A DNA stretch of 64,000 bases from Botryllus schlosseri (Eukaryota), in the NCBI GenBank assembly GCA_051294905.1, contig CM119383.1, forward strand, positions 8,122,001-8,186,000, given 5' to 3'. Under the pieces are notes generated by a model. That model ran no database searches. It was given only the letters and a program-made list of their open reading frames with translations, and was not told the DNA's origin. Each line of letters starts with the position of its first letter. Position 1 is the stretch's first letter. The translations under genes were made by a program, and so were the position numbers. This document shows, piece by piece, positions 50,101 to 61,095 of this stretch.

Positions 50101-53100
50101 TATAAAAGCGTAGAAGTCGGCCTTGCTACAAGTCGGCAGCTACGCAATAAAAATGGATAAAATTGGCCTGGTGTAAATAACCACCATAGTAGTCGACAAA
50201 CACCATGAATACCACAAACAATAACAACCCGGTTGGTATGGTAATCTAATTCATGAAACTGATGCAGTCATATATACCCAAAAGCTGCTATACAAAATCA
50301 AAAGTCTAACAAGTAGTTATACTCAAGTCGAAGTCGAAGGTGAAGTAGTAGTGCAAGGAGGCAAAACCGGCTTGAGTACTCCGAAAAAATAGTACTTCGC
50401 TACTAACAACCTCTGAATGTATGCTATATTTGGTGATCTCCTTTGGCCAGCGATAAAATCTCTGCTTCGCGATTTCCCCCAGGTATAAAGACGGAAACTT
50501 GACGAAACCCTCTGCGAGAAAGCCCCTCTGGACTTACAAGATCAGGAAGTTACAGGAGAAAGACAGCGGCGTGTACATGTGCCGAGTTTGGAACAGCGAG
50601 GGCGAGATCAACTACACGTACGAGGTCCGCGTTGTCGGTGAGTGTCGGTGTGACGTTACTTTTTCGACGGGTTCACAAGTGGATCGGGACGATGCGCAAT
50701 GCGCAATCGTTATGCGTCACACCTCACTTACTGCTGTGCGCTTAACAGAGAAAGATATCGAGAAATAGGCGATTGTTAAGTGTATAATCAGTCTATAAGT
50801 GTTGTCGTCTACCTGTCATATTTCAAATCGACTGGGTCCGCTAAAAATGCGTTGCCATATCCACGCGTTCGGGTTCATAATCATAATCAACGGTTCAATT
50901 TATTGTTATGCGCTCAGGACACGCAATGTACAATGTGATACAAAAGACACAATACTCTTGGCGCCTATTTAGCACTTGATTTGGATTTTATCAGTGATTT
51001 GTCACTTGATTAAGTAAAAAAAAAATACAATCATCTGGATATTTTGCAGACTATAATATCACTCCCATATTTCCTAATGAATATATCCCGTGGTATATAT
51101 CGTTACATCTGATGCCTTCATCGGTTACAAAAATCGCAGCTGATATCCAGCTTGCTGTAAATCCATCAATTTCTGCCGGATTGGCACGTGGTGTCGTTTG
51201 CCGTACAAACACTGAACTCGAGAATACAGATGGATTATGGAATATATCACAAAGAAAACATCTTCGCGTGCGGCCATAATTCATCTTCAATTTTATTCCA
51301 ATCAGGTTATCGATTAGACAAATGTTTCCGTAGCGCGCCGGATATAATACCCCGCATATGCTCAGTCAATTCGAATGCTCGGGGCTAGGAAATCTCACAC
51401 AAGTCGAAGTCGGCGTTCCGACCGTGACTTACAAGTTGATGATGATGATGGAATGTCGCTCTTTGACGGAATTACGAACCGCAAAACTGGCGCCGAAAAA
51501 CATGTGTGCAGTTTTCGCGGCTATCCGTTGTGAAATAAGAGATAATCGACCCCGAAATCAAAATTTCATAGCATCGTCCTGACGTCCCGAAGTCTGACTG
51601 TATACATTTGCCGTAGCAATCCACAATACACGTCAGTCAAATATGGCGAAGGATTGAATGTAATATGTCTCTTTGGTGTTTCACTCGGATACTGTGAATT
51701 TAGGTCTTATATACAGTCAGGGAAAACCCGGTTTCCAAAATATTCCGCGTAAAATTTACACTCACTCCACAGGCCGATGGCATTTATAGAGACATCGACA
51801 CATAGGCATTACCGCAGATCGAAATATGGACATATTGTGGCTAAAATACATTCTAGTTTTCGGGAGTATGCAGAGATTGCAGACATAATATCAAGAAAAC
51901 TAGCATTCTTATATTGGTATGGGCACCTATCTCGTGCACAAGGCCGCTCATGATACCGGTGCGCCATCGTCTAGTCTGGTATGTATAGCCAATAGTTCCC
52001 CGCCCGGGTTCGCGAATATCAAAGCTATTTCTCATGCGTCGCATTAGCGATAAAATTGCCCGCATATGCGTCGTACGTTATCTGCGTCTGTTGCGCTTTG
52101 GTCGGTTATACGAGCGATTAGTAATCCGGTTTACTTTGTAAGAATTGGAAAACAAAATATTTAGGGTATTCAAAGTTAATGATTGACCGCCACAGACGCT
52201 TGGAACCGCGCGTTTGGATTCGTCATCATGATTTCCAAACCTGTTTGTGTGCGCAGGAGTGTTTGCAACAATGATGGGAATGCTCATCGGACCTCCTTAT
52301 AACAACCGTTGAAACTATTGTGTGTACAACTTTAGCGGCCGTTTACACTGTCAGCTTCACGGATACGCAATACGCATGTTGTATGAACTTTACTGATGTT
52401 ATTTTGCCATTTTGATCGGTTCAATGGAGTTCAAGAACTCGATGGGCGAAGCCAAAAGTTTTGATTGCTTCGGTGTGACATAACAAATATTATGGATTAA
52501 TCTCAGGAAACTTGTAAATTGTGCAAATTACTGGATCTTCAAAATCCGCAACTAGTACTAAAATTAGGACTACCCAAGATAGGTGTTTTGTTCTGGTCTG
52601 TCTGCTTGTATGAGATTGTGAATCTGCACTTTTGTACCGCAAATAGAACTTAATGATTGTTGCAAGACTGTTATTAGGGCTTACAACATGTAATATCTTA
52701 ATTTAATGATGCATAATAATGTATTATCCATGATACTTTATTTAGTCCCGCGGGCTGTGCTGTTCCTTCGACATTATCAAGTGTGAACTCTTTGCAGAGC
52801 AACTCAGCAAGAAACCGGTGGTGATAGCGCCCCATCCGATGAACACGACCGTGCAGGTCGGCGGCATGACATCGATACAATGTCGCGTGCAGAGCATGGT
52901 GCGTCCGACAGTGAAGTGGATCAAGAAAATCGAAAAACACGAGATGGCCGCCGGCTCCAACCGAGAATCGGCCGGGAATTTGATCAACATCGACGGCTCG
53001 CATTTCCTGATATTGCCTACGCAAGAGGTATTGTGGCGTCTTCTGACTCTGTGGTTACGTTGCTTCAATAGATTATTATACTGCATACGTTCACGTCACA

Positions 53101-56100
53101 TTGTTCAGTTCTGTTTCGAGATTGTCCCGTACTGTAACATTTGTAGCAAGACAACGTTGGCGTTCAATAGGTATGCCTGCTGATTGCGGTTATGACTATA
53201 TGCGGCCATCTGGCGGTTATCGATGGTGCGCGTCGTAGCAGACTTGCACATTCTAGAAAATTTTCAGTATTTTTCCAAATTAGATTAGAATTAGAATTGC
53301 AGCTACAAAGATGTTTCCAAATTTGAGTAGAATTAGAATTATAGCCACACATTTTTACCAATTTATGTTAGAATAAGAATTGCTGAATTCCCGAAAACTT
53401 GATCCATGGTTCATTCTTATGGGCTCGAGAATGGCAAATGTCTGTACAGAAAGCTTTGCCCGTTTCGCACTGTAACCACTAGTTCTAAACCGTTTTGTCT
53501 TCACGGACCCCCTTTGGACCATCAAGAACCCCCTAATTGTAGAAAATAAGCTCTATTATAGTGTAAATATTAACCGTAGACTAGTGATAAACAGCAACAT
53601 AACGACTTTACTTGAAAATAAGATCATATTATTTGTGTAGAACCTGGGTAGACTTTTAGTATTCCAAAGCGAATTCTGTATAGCTGCATTTCTGGAAATA
53701 AGCGGCCGTGTCTTGAAAACGGCCATTCTGTTTATGTGAGTCCTGAAGTTTTAGCAGTTATAAAGCGAAAGTGATTCGCGCTTTCTCTAATCAAAAAGAA
53801 ATACAAATTAGTTTTTCAACCATTTTGCATATTCGGAGGTTTCGCGGACCCCCTGAAAATGCTTCGCGGACCTCCGGTTGAGAAACACTACACTGTGCAG
53901 ATCTCCAGTAGCATTTACCGGAAACCAGAAATTAGATTACGATTAAAATTAGAGCATAGAAACATTTCACAAATTAGATTAGAATTAGATTACCGCCATT
54001 TCGCCATTGATTATTAAATATCTATAATCATCTAGTTGTCCAAGTTTGCGTTATAGTCCCCCTATGTTGCAGCTAGGTAATCAAAGTGTTCATCGTTGGT
54101 GCTGCAATAGGAGTAGAAGCAGAAGTAGCCTAATACATTTCTACTCAAGTACTAGTAGAACTTGATATTGCCAAGTACTGACAAAAATTAACCTTCTCAG
54201 CATAGTTTGGCCTGTGTAAAACTGTCTAGAGGATGTAGAAGTTGATAGGTCTGGTGAAAGTCTAAAACCGTAGCCACTTCAGTAATGGTGCAAGTGGGGA
54301 AAACTTACTACGTATTAGTAGAAGTACTTCGTTACTGACCACCTCTGTTATGTGACTTAGTCCGGACAAGCTGATCAGACGCCAGTCTGGTTCGATCTGT
54401 TTTCTTTTCGTAATCCTGCCTTGCTACTTGCTGTAGCGAACAGTCTGTCATCCACATCGCGTTATGTGTTACCTAGGCGTTTGTTCTCTCGGTATTTATG
54501 TGCTCTCTCGCATTTTAGATGGCCGTCTTGCCGAACGGAATGTATCTGAACAAGCTGATCATCAGAGGAGCGACGGAAATCCACTCAGGGATGTACATCT
54601 GCTTGGCGGCCAACCCGATGGGATACACTTTCAGATACGCTTTTCTTAGTGTTGTTCCAGGTACGTTATCCTTAAATTTGCGGGACGCTTTTTAAGTGTA
54701 TCTTTTCTATCGGATTTTACATCGAACAAACTTGCTATAGGCCCCCTAACTCGAATTCATTCACAAATCAGCGTCTACGTTGATTATTCCATCCGCTCAA
54801 GACACAGCAATATACAATACGCAAGACGCAATGCGCCAAAACGATGTCATCATGAGCGTAAAAGGAAACCTCAATTTCATGGTGACGTCACACAATGACC
54901 ATTCTGAATATGGCGTGCTGACCGTATCGCAGAACATCAGTTCGCAAACAGATTTTGTAACTATTTCCAAATGATGACACGCGGCAGTAAGCATTATTCG
55001 TAAGTGCCCCGAATTTTCAGAAATTACTCCATTTCATTGGTTGTTACGTCCAGATGTGGTTAATAACCAAATAGTTCTACCGTTTGGAATTACTCAAGTA
55101 GGTTCGGCTTACTTGCACAACTTATCCCAGTGGTTATGAATGTTGACTGCTATTACTTCTACTTGAGAGTTTTCAGTTTTTAGACAAAACTAATCCCAGG
55201 ATACTCACTGAGAAATTTGACTTTTACTTGAGTAGAAATTTACGACACTACTTCTACTTCTACCCGACTATCAACGATGACTTCTTCGTACACCTCTGGT
55301 TACGCCACAAAAATGCGGCTTAGTTTTCTAAATCTAAAATTTTTCCGGGGGCAAGAGTCGAATTCCTATCGAGCGCTAACATTGAGCATTCCCTATGCTA
55401 AGTTTCGTTGTTTCATAGCATATAATGCGTATATAAGCCGATACATTGCGTTTTTCAACTTCACAGGTCCGTTGAACGCTTCGGGCACTACCTCACCCAG
55501 GACCATACTCTTGCCTCCGAGTGACAATCGAAACGCCGGGAGCTCTTCGCTGTTGCCTGCGATGATCGGAATCCCAGCGGGTATCGGGCTTCTTCTAGTT
55601 GTCCTCGTAGCATGGTAATTGGCGCTTTTTCGTGCTGGTTGTAGTCATATGGAGAGTGCTACATGTGTAGGCCGATAGGGTTTGCGAACGCGTAGTCAGG
55701 TCGAAAACCAGAGGTGGTCAAAGTCGCCATAAAGTTGGTACTCAGTTAAAGTAGAAGTAACGTAATTTTCTGCTCAAGTCCAAGTCGGTGATTCTTGTGG
55801 ATACTGTGATCACTGATCGAGTGATCATTCTTAAGCTCAGTTTATTAAAATGTTGGCCGTCGGGCGAGATGTTTGGTTAACGATAGGATTTATAGAGAAT
55901 TGGAATAACGAAAAAATTCCTATGTCCCAGCATGCTAAAAGCAACATCTTAACAAATTTATTGCTTGAAACTACTTGCTTGAATATGTTGCAGACCTTCC
56001 ATTTCATATTTCCACTTGTAGTAGTTTTTTATGTCCTGTAAATCGCTATCTGTATTTATACCTGGGTAGCAACGGTGATTACTTTTACCCTTCTGATGCA

Positions 56101-57074
56101 GGGATATATTTCTATATGTATAGTTCTATATAGTTCTATAGATCCGTGCTCTGATGTAATGTTAATTCCGCTCAATCTCCGAAGTTGTAAAGAACACCCC
56201 AAAAAGCGATAATCAAATCCAAGGCTGCCCATAAGACTTAAAAAGCCGTACAAGGCTATTTCCGCATCATACTTGTCCAACGGCATGTGTATAACGTGCA
56301 TCATGCACGCATCGTATGCATATGCACATATAGTGTGTATGTGTATAATTGTGTTGCTAGGCTTCACGTGTCGGTGTATATGCCGAAAAAACATCAAAGA
56401 CAAAAGTGCCAAAAGTCGTATTCCTATTGCTATAATACCGCACACGTGATTTTTCAACCACACAAGACTCACCTTCGCTCTTCTTTGACAGCATCTGCCA
56501 GAAGAGAAAGAACCGACCTTTCCAGGCCTCGTCCGCAAAGGCCGCGATGCAGAGGTCGAAACGGCTGTCGGCTTTCAGCTCGTCCGACACCAAATCCTCA
56601 ACGCGTTCCACCCCAGTCCCACACGAATGCGACCAGAGTCCTGGCGAGGATCAATGGCCCGCCGACCGCGCGCTAGTCGCGGACGCCAACGGTGCGCGCC
56701 CGTACCGGACTCCCGCGAACTATTATGTATATAATAATCACAGGCTACCGCCTACAGTGGGTACGCCTTTATTAACTGTCGAAGAACCAGACGATACTGA
56801 CAGTAAATCGCCGTTTTCGGACGATGACATGTATTGTAACGCACCCGTGGCGCCGCCGTGTTCGGAGGTCACGAGTCCGTGTTCTACAGAACACAAATTA
56901 GCAATACACCCCCCTCCGCCACCCTCGCAAAAAAGCGCTTCCTCCGTTTCGTCATACCCCGATATTAGATCGCCGTATGTGCACCATTATCATTACATGC
57001 ACCCGCCCGGGAATTCAAGGCGGCACCATCACCACCACCACTCTCGAAGAGGGCATCATGTCTACAGCCACTGA
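26062..57074 (+). CDS. FGFRL1: Fibroblast growth factor receptor-like 1 (FGFRL1/nou-darake), 9 coding exons, 573 aa: signal peptide, 3 Ig domains, TM, His-rich tail, no kinase
   Basis: Exons 26062-26131, 31628-31747, 32605-32760, 49501-49618, 50483-50637, 52798-53027, 54519-54660, 55467-55614, 56492-57074 (1722 nt, phases compatible). [67 protein letters not shown] and a C-terminal His run match FGFRL1. Confidence 0.95.
26236..26762 (+). repeat. Minisatellite array (AAGCTAATGAA / AAGCTAATT / AAGCTAAGT units), left arm of the foldback element
   Basis: Directly visible tandem array. Confidence 0.97.
28200..28455 (+). mobile_element. tRNA-derived SINE (copy 1)
   Basis: A-box-like TAACGTAGTGG (28207), B-box GGTTCGAGTCC (28251), non-tRNA body, CA-rich tail; second copy at 49951-50230. 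Confidence 0.7.
28640..29000 (-). repeat. Inverted copy of the minisatellite array, right arm of the foldback element
   Basis: TTCATTAGCTT tandem array. Confidence 0.97.
31628..31747 (+). CDS. FGFRL1: FGFRL1 exon 2 (Ig1 N-half)
   Basis: atttcag|[39 protein letters not shown]|gtaata. Confidence 0.88.
32605..32760 (+). CDS. FGFRL1: FGFRL1 exon 3 (Ig1 C-half)
   Basis: ..[35 protein letters not shown]|gtgagt. Confidence 0.92.
32898..33419. mobile_element. hAT (Charlie-like) MITE
   Basis: TAGTGGTTCTCAA..AAGAAACACTG; TSD CCGTAATA/CCGTAAGA (7 of 8). Confidence 0.75.
34508..34622 (-). mobile_element. Retroposon (LINE/SINE) 3' tail with (GATA)n microsatellite
   Basis: On the minus strand: GACTTCTTGGTCGTATCGTCCCTTCCC..AATAAATGATCTATCTATCTATC. 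Confidence 0.45.
49501..49618 (+). CDS. FGFRL1: FGFRL1 exon (Ig2 N-half)
   Basis: ctacag|[39 protein letters not shown]|gtatgt. Confidence 0.94.
49951..50230 (+). mobile_element. tRNA-derived SINE (copy 2, B-box decayed)
   Basis: Shares GTGGTATAATCCACAGCTGCAA, CCGACCGAGGTCGA.TCCAGAATTCCTACCTA, TAAGCGGTGT.TTATAAAAGC and CCTGGTGTAAAT with copy 1. Confidence 0.7.
50483..50637 (+). CDS. FGFRL1: FGFRL1 exon (Ig2 C-half)
   Basis: [43 protein letters not shown]|gtgagt. Confidence 0.94.
52798..53027 (+). CDS. FGFRL1: FGFRL1 exon (Ig3 N-half)
   Basis: [41 protein letters not shown]|gtattg. Confidence 0.94.
53239..54048. mobile_element. hAT-like MITE, CAGACTTGG family, carrying a nested Charlie-like MITE at about 53476-53890
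   Basis: CAGACTTGCACA..GTTGTCCAAGTTTG; degenerate TSD CGTCGTAG/CGTTATAG; nested element ends GGTTGAGAAACACTA with flanks CACTGTAA/CACTGTGC. Confidence 0.72.
54100..54347. mobile_element. MITE family with CAGAGGTGG TIR and (AGTAGA/TACTTC)n internal repeats (representative copy)
   Basis: Right end ..ACCACCTCTG recurs at 2194, 5055, 47656, 50415 and 54347; left end CAGAGGTGGTCA at 55709; boundaries approximate. Confidence 0.6.
54519..54660 (+). CDS. FGFRL1: FGFRL1 exon (Ig3 C-half)
   Basis: [47 protein letters not shown]|gtacgt. Confidence 0.94.
55467..55614 (+). CDS. FGFRL1: FGFRL1 exon (stalk plus transmembrane helix)
   Basis: ..[23 protein letters not shown]|gtaatt. Confidence 0.93.
56492..57074 (+). 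CDS. FGFRL1: FGFRL1 terminal exon (kinase-less cytoplasmic tail)
   Basis: ttgacag|[52 protein letters not shown]. Confidence 0.92.
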
Positions 57075-58009
57075 CGCGATTTTTATGCAGTCGTCAGGAA
57101 GGTTATTCACTTGCCGTTTAGTTGCCATTCCGGATCGGGACTCTATGAGTTTTCCAGACGGGTAGTATAGTGTGACACGCCGCGCATGTAGTCTCGATAT
57201 CGGAAATTCACCGTTTGCAGTCTTGGATGTTTTAGTTTCGTTGCTTCATCTGTGTACAGCTTTTAATGCGAATTAAGGAATATTTTATTTAATGTTTGTT
57301 TTTTCTACTCGTTTCATTTAAAGTTGCTGTTTCAATATTTAGTGCTCCGTTGCATCTCGTGAATGTCTTTTGGTTTCGTCGCGGAATGAAAAATCATGCG
57401 TTTTACGAATGTGTGTTGCCGACCGTGCGGTATCTTTGAGGGATTGGAGTTCATGACGAGAAACAACGATTTCATCGCTATTAGGCAGTTAGCATCACTC
57501 TTTCAATCGTTTGTTACTATTTTTATCATTTAAAAACTTCATAAGATTGCGATATAATGGAAATATGGGAAGATGTTTAACCTTGGCCATGGTTTAACCA
57601 ATCAGACACCTACCTCGGCCTAGATTAAGGGTCGTCTGCTCAAAATGGATCGCGGGATACTTTTCAAATTTTGAAGAACAGAGCGTCAAAAGAAAGGCAG
57701 CCGAAAGATCCAGATCGGACGCTGTACAGTGTACAACCGGCATACATATTAGTTTCATACTAGTAATGACATATGCAGCATAACAGCACTTCGTCAGGCC
57801 CCCCAAAAAACGTTGGTCTTGGGCTCCCATAGGGCGATAAACCAAACTTCGCCCCCAACGCCCTGGGGCACGTTTATGTCACTACTTATCAACGAGATTT
57901 GTTGTGCTGTTTACTGACGTACCTTATTACCCCTCAACGCGCCAAGCGCGAAAATTTTCCATATTTCATCATTCAATCAGTCGAATATCATCGGGAATTG
58001 CATATATAC

Positions 58010-58430
58010 CAGAGATGAGCGGATTTGAAATTTCTATGTCCTAATCCAATCCAAATCCGAACCTTCAAATCCATATCCAAATCCTAATCCATAACTTTTT
58101 CATATTCAAGTCCATGTCCAATCCTAATCCGATTCCAACTGGAAATTCAGAAAAAATACCAATTTATGCAATGGAGGGATTCGAAAATTTTCTTACACAA
58201 CCAACGATTCACTTGATTCAAGATAACTTGGTAACCATAAGTACATTAATAACTGATCTGAATAAATTTTCTCGCCATTCGCCACACGACATTTCAATCT
58301 CCCAGAAAATAGGTAAATCAAATCCTAATCCGTTCTGAAAAAAATGTCTAATCCAAATCCAATCCAAATCCGACAAAATTTCACAAATCCTGTTTTTTCA
58401 AAACCTAATCCTAATCCATGCTCATCTCTG
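58010..58430. mobile_element. hAT-like MITE with (AATCC)n-rich internal repeats
   Basis: TIR CAGAGATGAGC..GCTCATCTCTG; perfect 8-bp TSD ATATATAC (58002-58009, 58431-58438). Confidence 0.88.
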
Positions 58431-59413
58431 ATATATACACATCGCTATCAATTTTTATTCTCACTCTGATCACGTAATCAGAATTACCGGTAGAGCTGAG
58501 TGAGATGTCTTGGAAAATGTAGGGCCTTAATAATAATTAAACATTCAGGCGGACCTGTTGATATAATGACTTCGTTACATGATATTATTTCGTGACTTTC
58601 TGTCTGCTATGTAAAAGCTATTGAAATCGCCCAAAGGTACTAAACTAAAAGACGCACATGATTTCAAAATGGTATTGGTGAATAATTTTTCTCGGCGGGA
58701 GGGCATTTGTCTTGTGGGGTTCAGATTGCCAGGACAGGAACATTTGGCGCCAGTTATTTAGGCGCATATGGACAGTTAAACATACGTGTATATACATATC
58801 GAAGTTTTCGGTCAGTATACGGGCACTCCTTTTCGGCCAAGGCTCTCTCGTTGACGATCGTTCTGGCACACTTCTCGTAGTCGCATGTTACATGGCCTAA
58901 AACTTCATATGACTTGGTGCGTCGTGGCGCGGTAATGGCCGACGCCGAAATGCCCATTTCGTGCGTATTTTTTCTTGGAGGAAGGGCAGCCAATAATCAA
59001 GATATATAGCAACACCAAATTGCATAAATTTTCAAATGGATACTCTATAATTCATGTTAAGTTGGGGCCCCTTCGAGCTCGACCCCCCCAATCGGGGTTT
59101 GGAGTGCGGCAGTTACGGTCCTCCCCATATGGAAGTGCTAGTTGGCAGATGTGGCCATTAGATTGAGAGGCCATACTTGGTCGTTTTGATTGACATCCTC
59201 TTTTCTCTATTTTCAAAGTTCATTATTATGCATTGAGTGTTGGGCTGTAAATTGTATGTCTTGAGCGGATAAAAATAATATATAGAACGGATGATTGTGA
59301 TTATAATCATCAAATCGGTTAATACCTTCCACTGAGCAGACGTGACATCCAACGAGAAAACTGAAGTAAAATTTTATCTGTACAAGTGTACAAATATCAG
59401 CCCAAAGGGGCCT

Positions 59414-60613
59414 GGCTGCCCATCCAACAAGTCGCTGCTGAAGAGATTCGGCGTCCTAAACATAGAAGATACGCGGAAACTAGAAATCGCCAAGTTTGTG
59501 TATCAGTTCCACTGCGGTCGTTGCCCCGAATATTTCAATGACTTCTTTACCTCGGAATCAAAAGCGCACAAGTACAACACACGCGCGTCCACGTTGTCCA
59601 AATATCATATGATCGACCGAAAAGATCATCGCTCTATCAAATATGCCGGACCTGATGTGTGGAACCATTGTGTCCTATATGGTGTCGACACAAGCAAATC
59701 TCACGCCTCAGTGAAATTGTATCACGTCACAATTTCCATTTGGCTACAGGCAATTTGACGGTCATTTTTGACCGGCTTGCCGAGCATTAAATTTGATAAA
59801 ACGGGTATCAATCGAAAGCTGACTCTGCACTGATTACGAAAATATAAATTTTATTCCGCTCGTGACCCTGGAACTCCGGCAATCAGCCTCGAATTTTTCA
59901 TTGTTATGGAGATTGGCATTGGGACGCAACGATGCTGTCTGGCGAAACGAGAGAGTAGCTCAAGAGAAAAAGAGCTAGACAGCATTGTTGCGTCCCAATG
60001 CCAATCTCCATAACAATGAAAAATTCGAGGCTGATTGTGGGAGTTCCAGAGCCACGAGCGGAATAAAATTTATATTTTCGTAATCAGTGCAGAGTCAGCT
60101 TTCGTTTGATACCCGTTTTATCAAATTTAATGCTCGGCAAGCCGGTCAAAAATGACCGTCAAATTGCCTGTAGCCAAATGGAAATTGTGACGTGATACAA
60201 TTTCACTGAGGCGTGAGATTTGCTTGTGTCGACACCATATAGGACACTATGGTGAAACAGTATCCCGACGGCCATCCGACAGTCGACGAGCATGTCCACA
60301 TTCAAGTCGAAATACAAGCAATTACTTCTAAATAAATACAGTCCATCCTCAAGATTACCGGACCACGACTGACCTATCGATCTCGCTTCTCATGACATGC
60401 CGCTAGATTTCTTGTCGTTTTTTTTCTATACTATCTTCTTTACCTTCATTCAGTGTGCATGCCTCCTCTTTACTTCGCCTAGGCCAAGGTGGGTGTCTGA
60501 TTCCATAGACTACTCCAAGTCGCTTCGACATCTTCCTGTCTTTTCATTGTATCGCATTTTTTGTGGTGTGTTGAACTGATCAAATTGCTGATATACCAAT
60601 GATGATGATGATG
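59414..60613 (+). mobile_element. 5'-truncated CR1/L2-type LINE (ORF2 C-terminus, 3' UTR, (GAT)n tail), split by a palindromic DNA element
   Basis: LLKRFGVLNIEDTRKLEIAKFVY..HKYNTR..SIKYAGPDVWN, continued after the insert as SIPTAIRQSTSMSTFKSKYKQLLLNKY; (GAT)n at about 60598-60613. Confidence 0.85.
59666..60251. mobile_element. 586-bp near-perfect palindromic MITE with 7-bp TSD (P-superfamily/Galileo-like)
   Basis: Arms 59666-59942 and 59975-60251 are reverse complements with few mismatches and a 32-bp spacer; ends CATTGTGTCCTATA/TATAGGACACTATG; flanks GTGGAAC/GTGAAAC. Confidence 0.88.
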
Positions 60614-61056
60614 AGTTTTGTCAATTTTATAATTTAGATTTTATAATTTAGAAAACACCACAAGACTGTGATACAATGACAGACATATGTTCAAGTACAG
60701 ACGGAGCCGACTTATTTATTCATTAAATCGCAATCTTGTGGTGTTTTAATCTGATTAAAAATGTTCAAAAATTGATTGACTGAACTGACTGCGCTCATGT
60801 GTAAAGTACGAACCGCAAACTCCAAGTTTATGCAGAATCGTCACGGTACACTGCACTGCAGGTACATTGTTTGTATTCGATGGTCACGTTAGGAGATGCT
60901 TCATGCATCGCCGACTATTCGCCGTCTCGCCGTTATTTGTGTTCAGTGCGAATGTTCTGCAATTCCTCGTAACCCACTCTGTTATTGACTATTTCTATTG
61001 CGGTACCGGCAACATAATAACCTTTATTTCAGTAACAGTTTATAGCTAAAAGAAAG

Positions 61057-61095
61057 ATGCTACGAAGTGCACTTCACCGATGCTTACTCGTGGAG
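61057..61095 (+). CDS. AhpD-like gene putative exon 1 (leader)
   Basis: MLRSALHRCLLVE|gttagt; phase 0 fits the next exon. Confidence 0.6.

Noticed and set aside
56056-56538. 160-aa minus-strand ORF
   Set aside because: Runs through low-complexity AT/GT intron sequence and overlaps the FGFRL1 last exon; no motif.
59342-59758. 138-aa ORF as a host gene
   Set aside because: It is a LINE ORF2 C-terminal fragment reading into the inserted palindrome.
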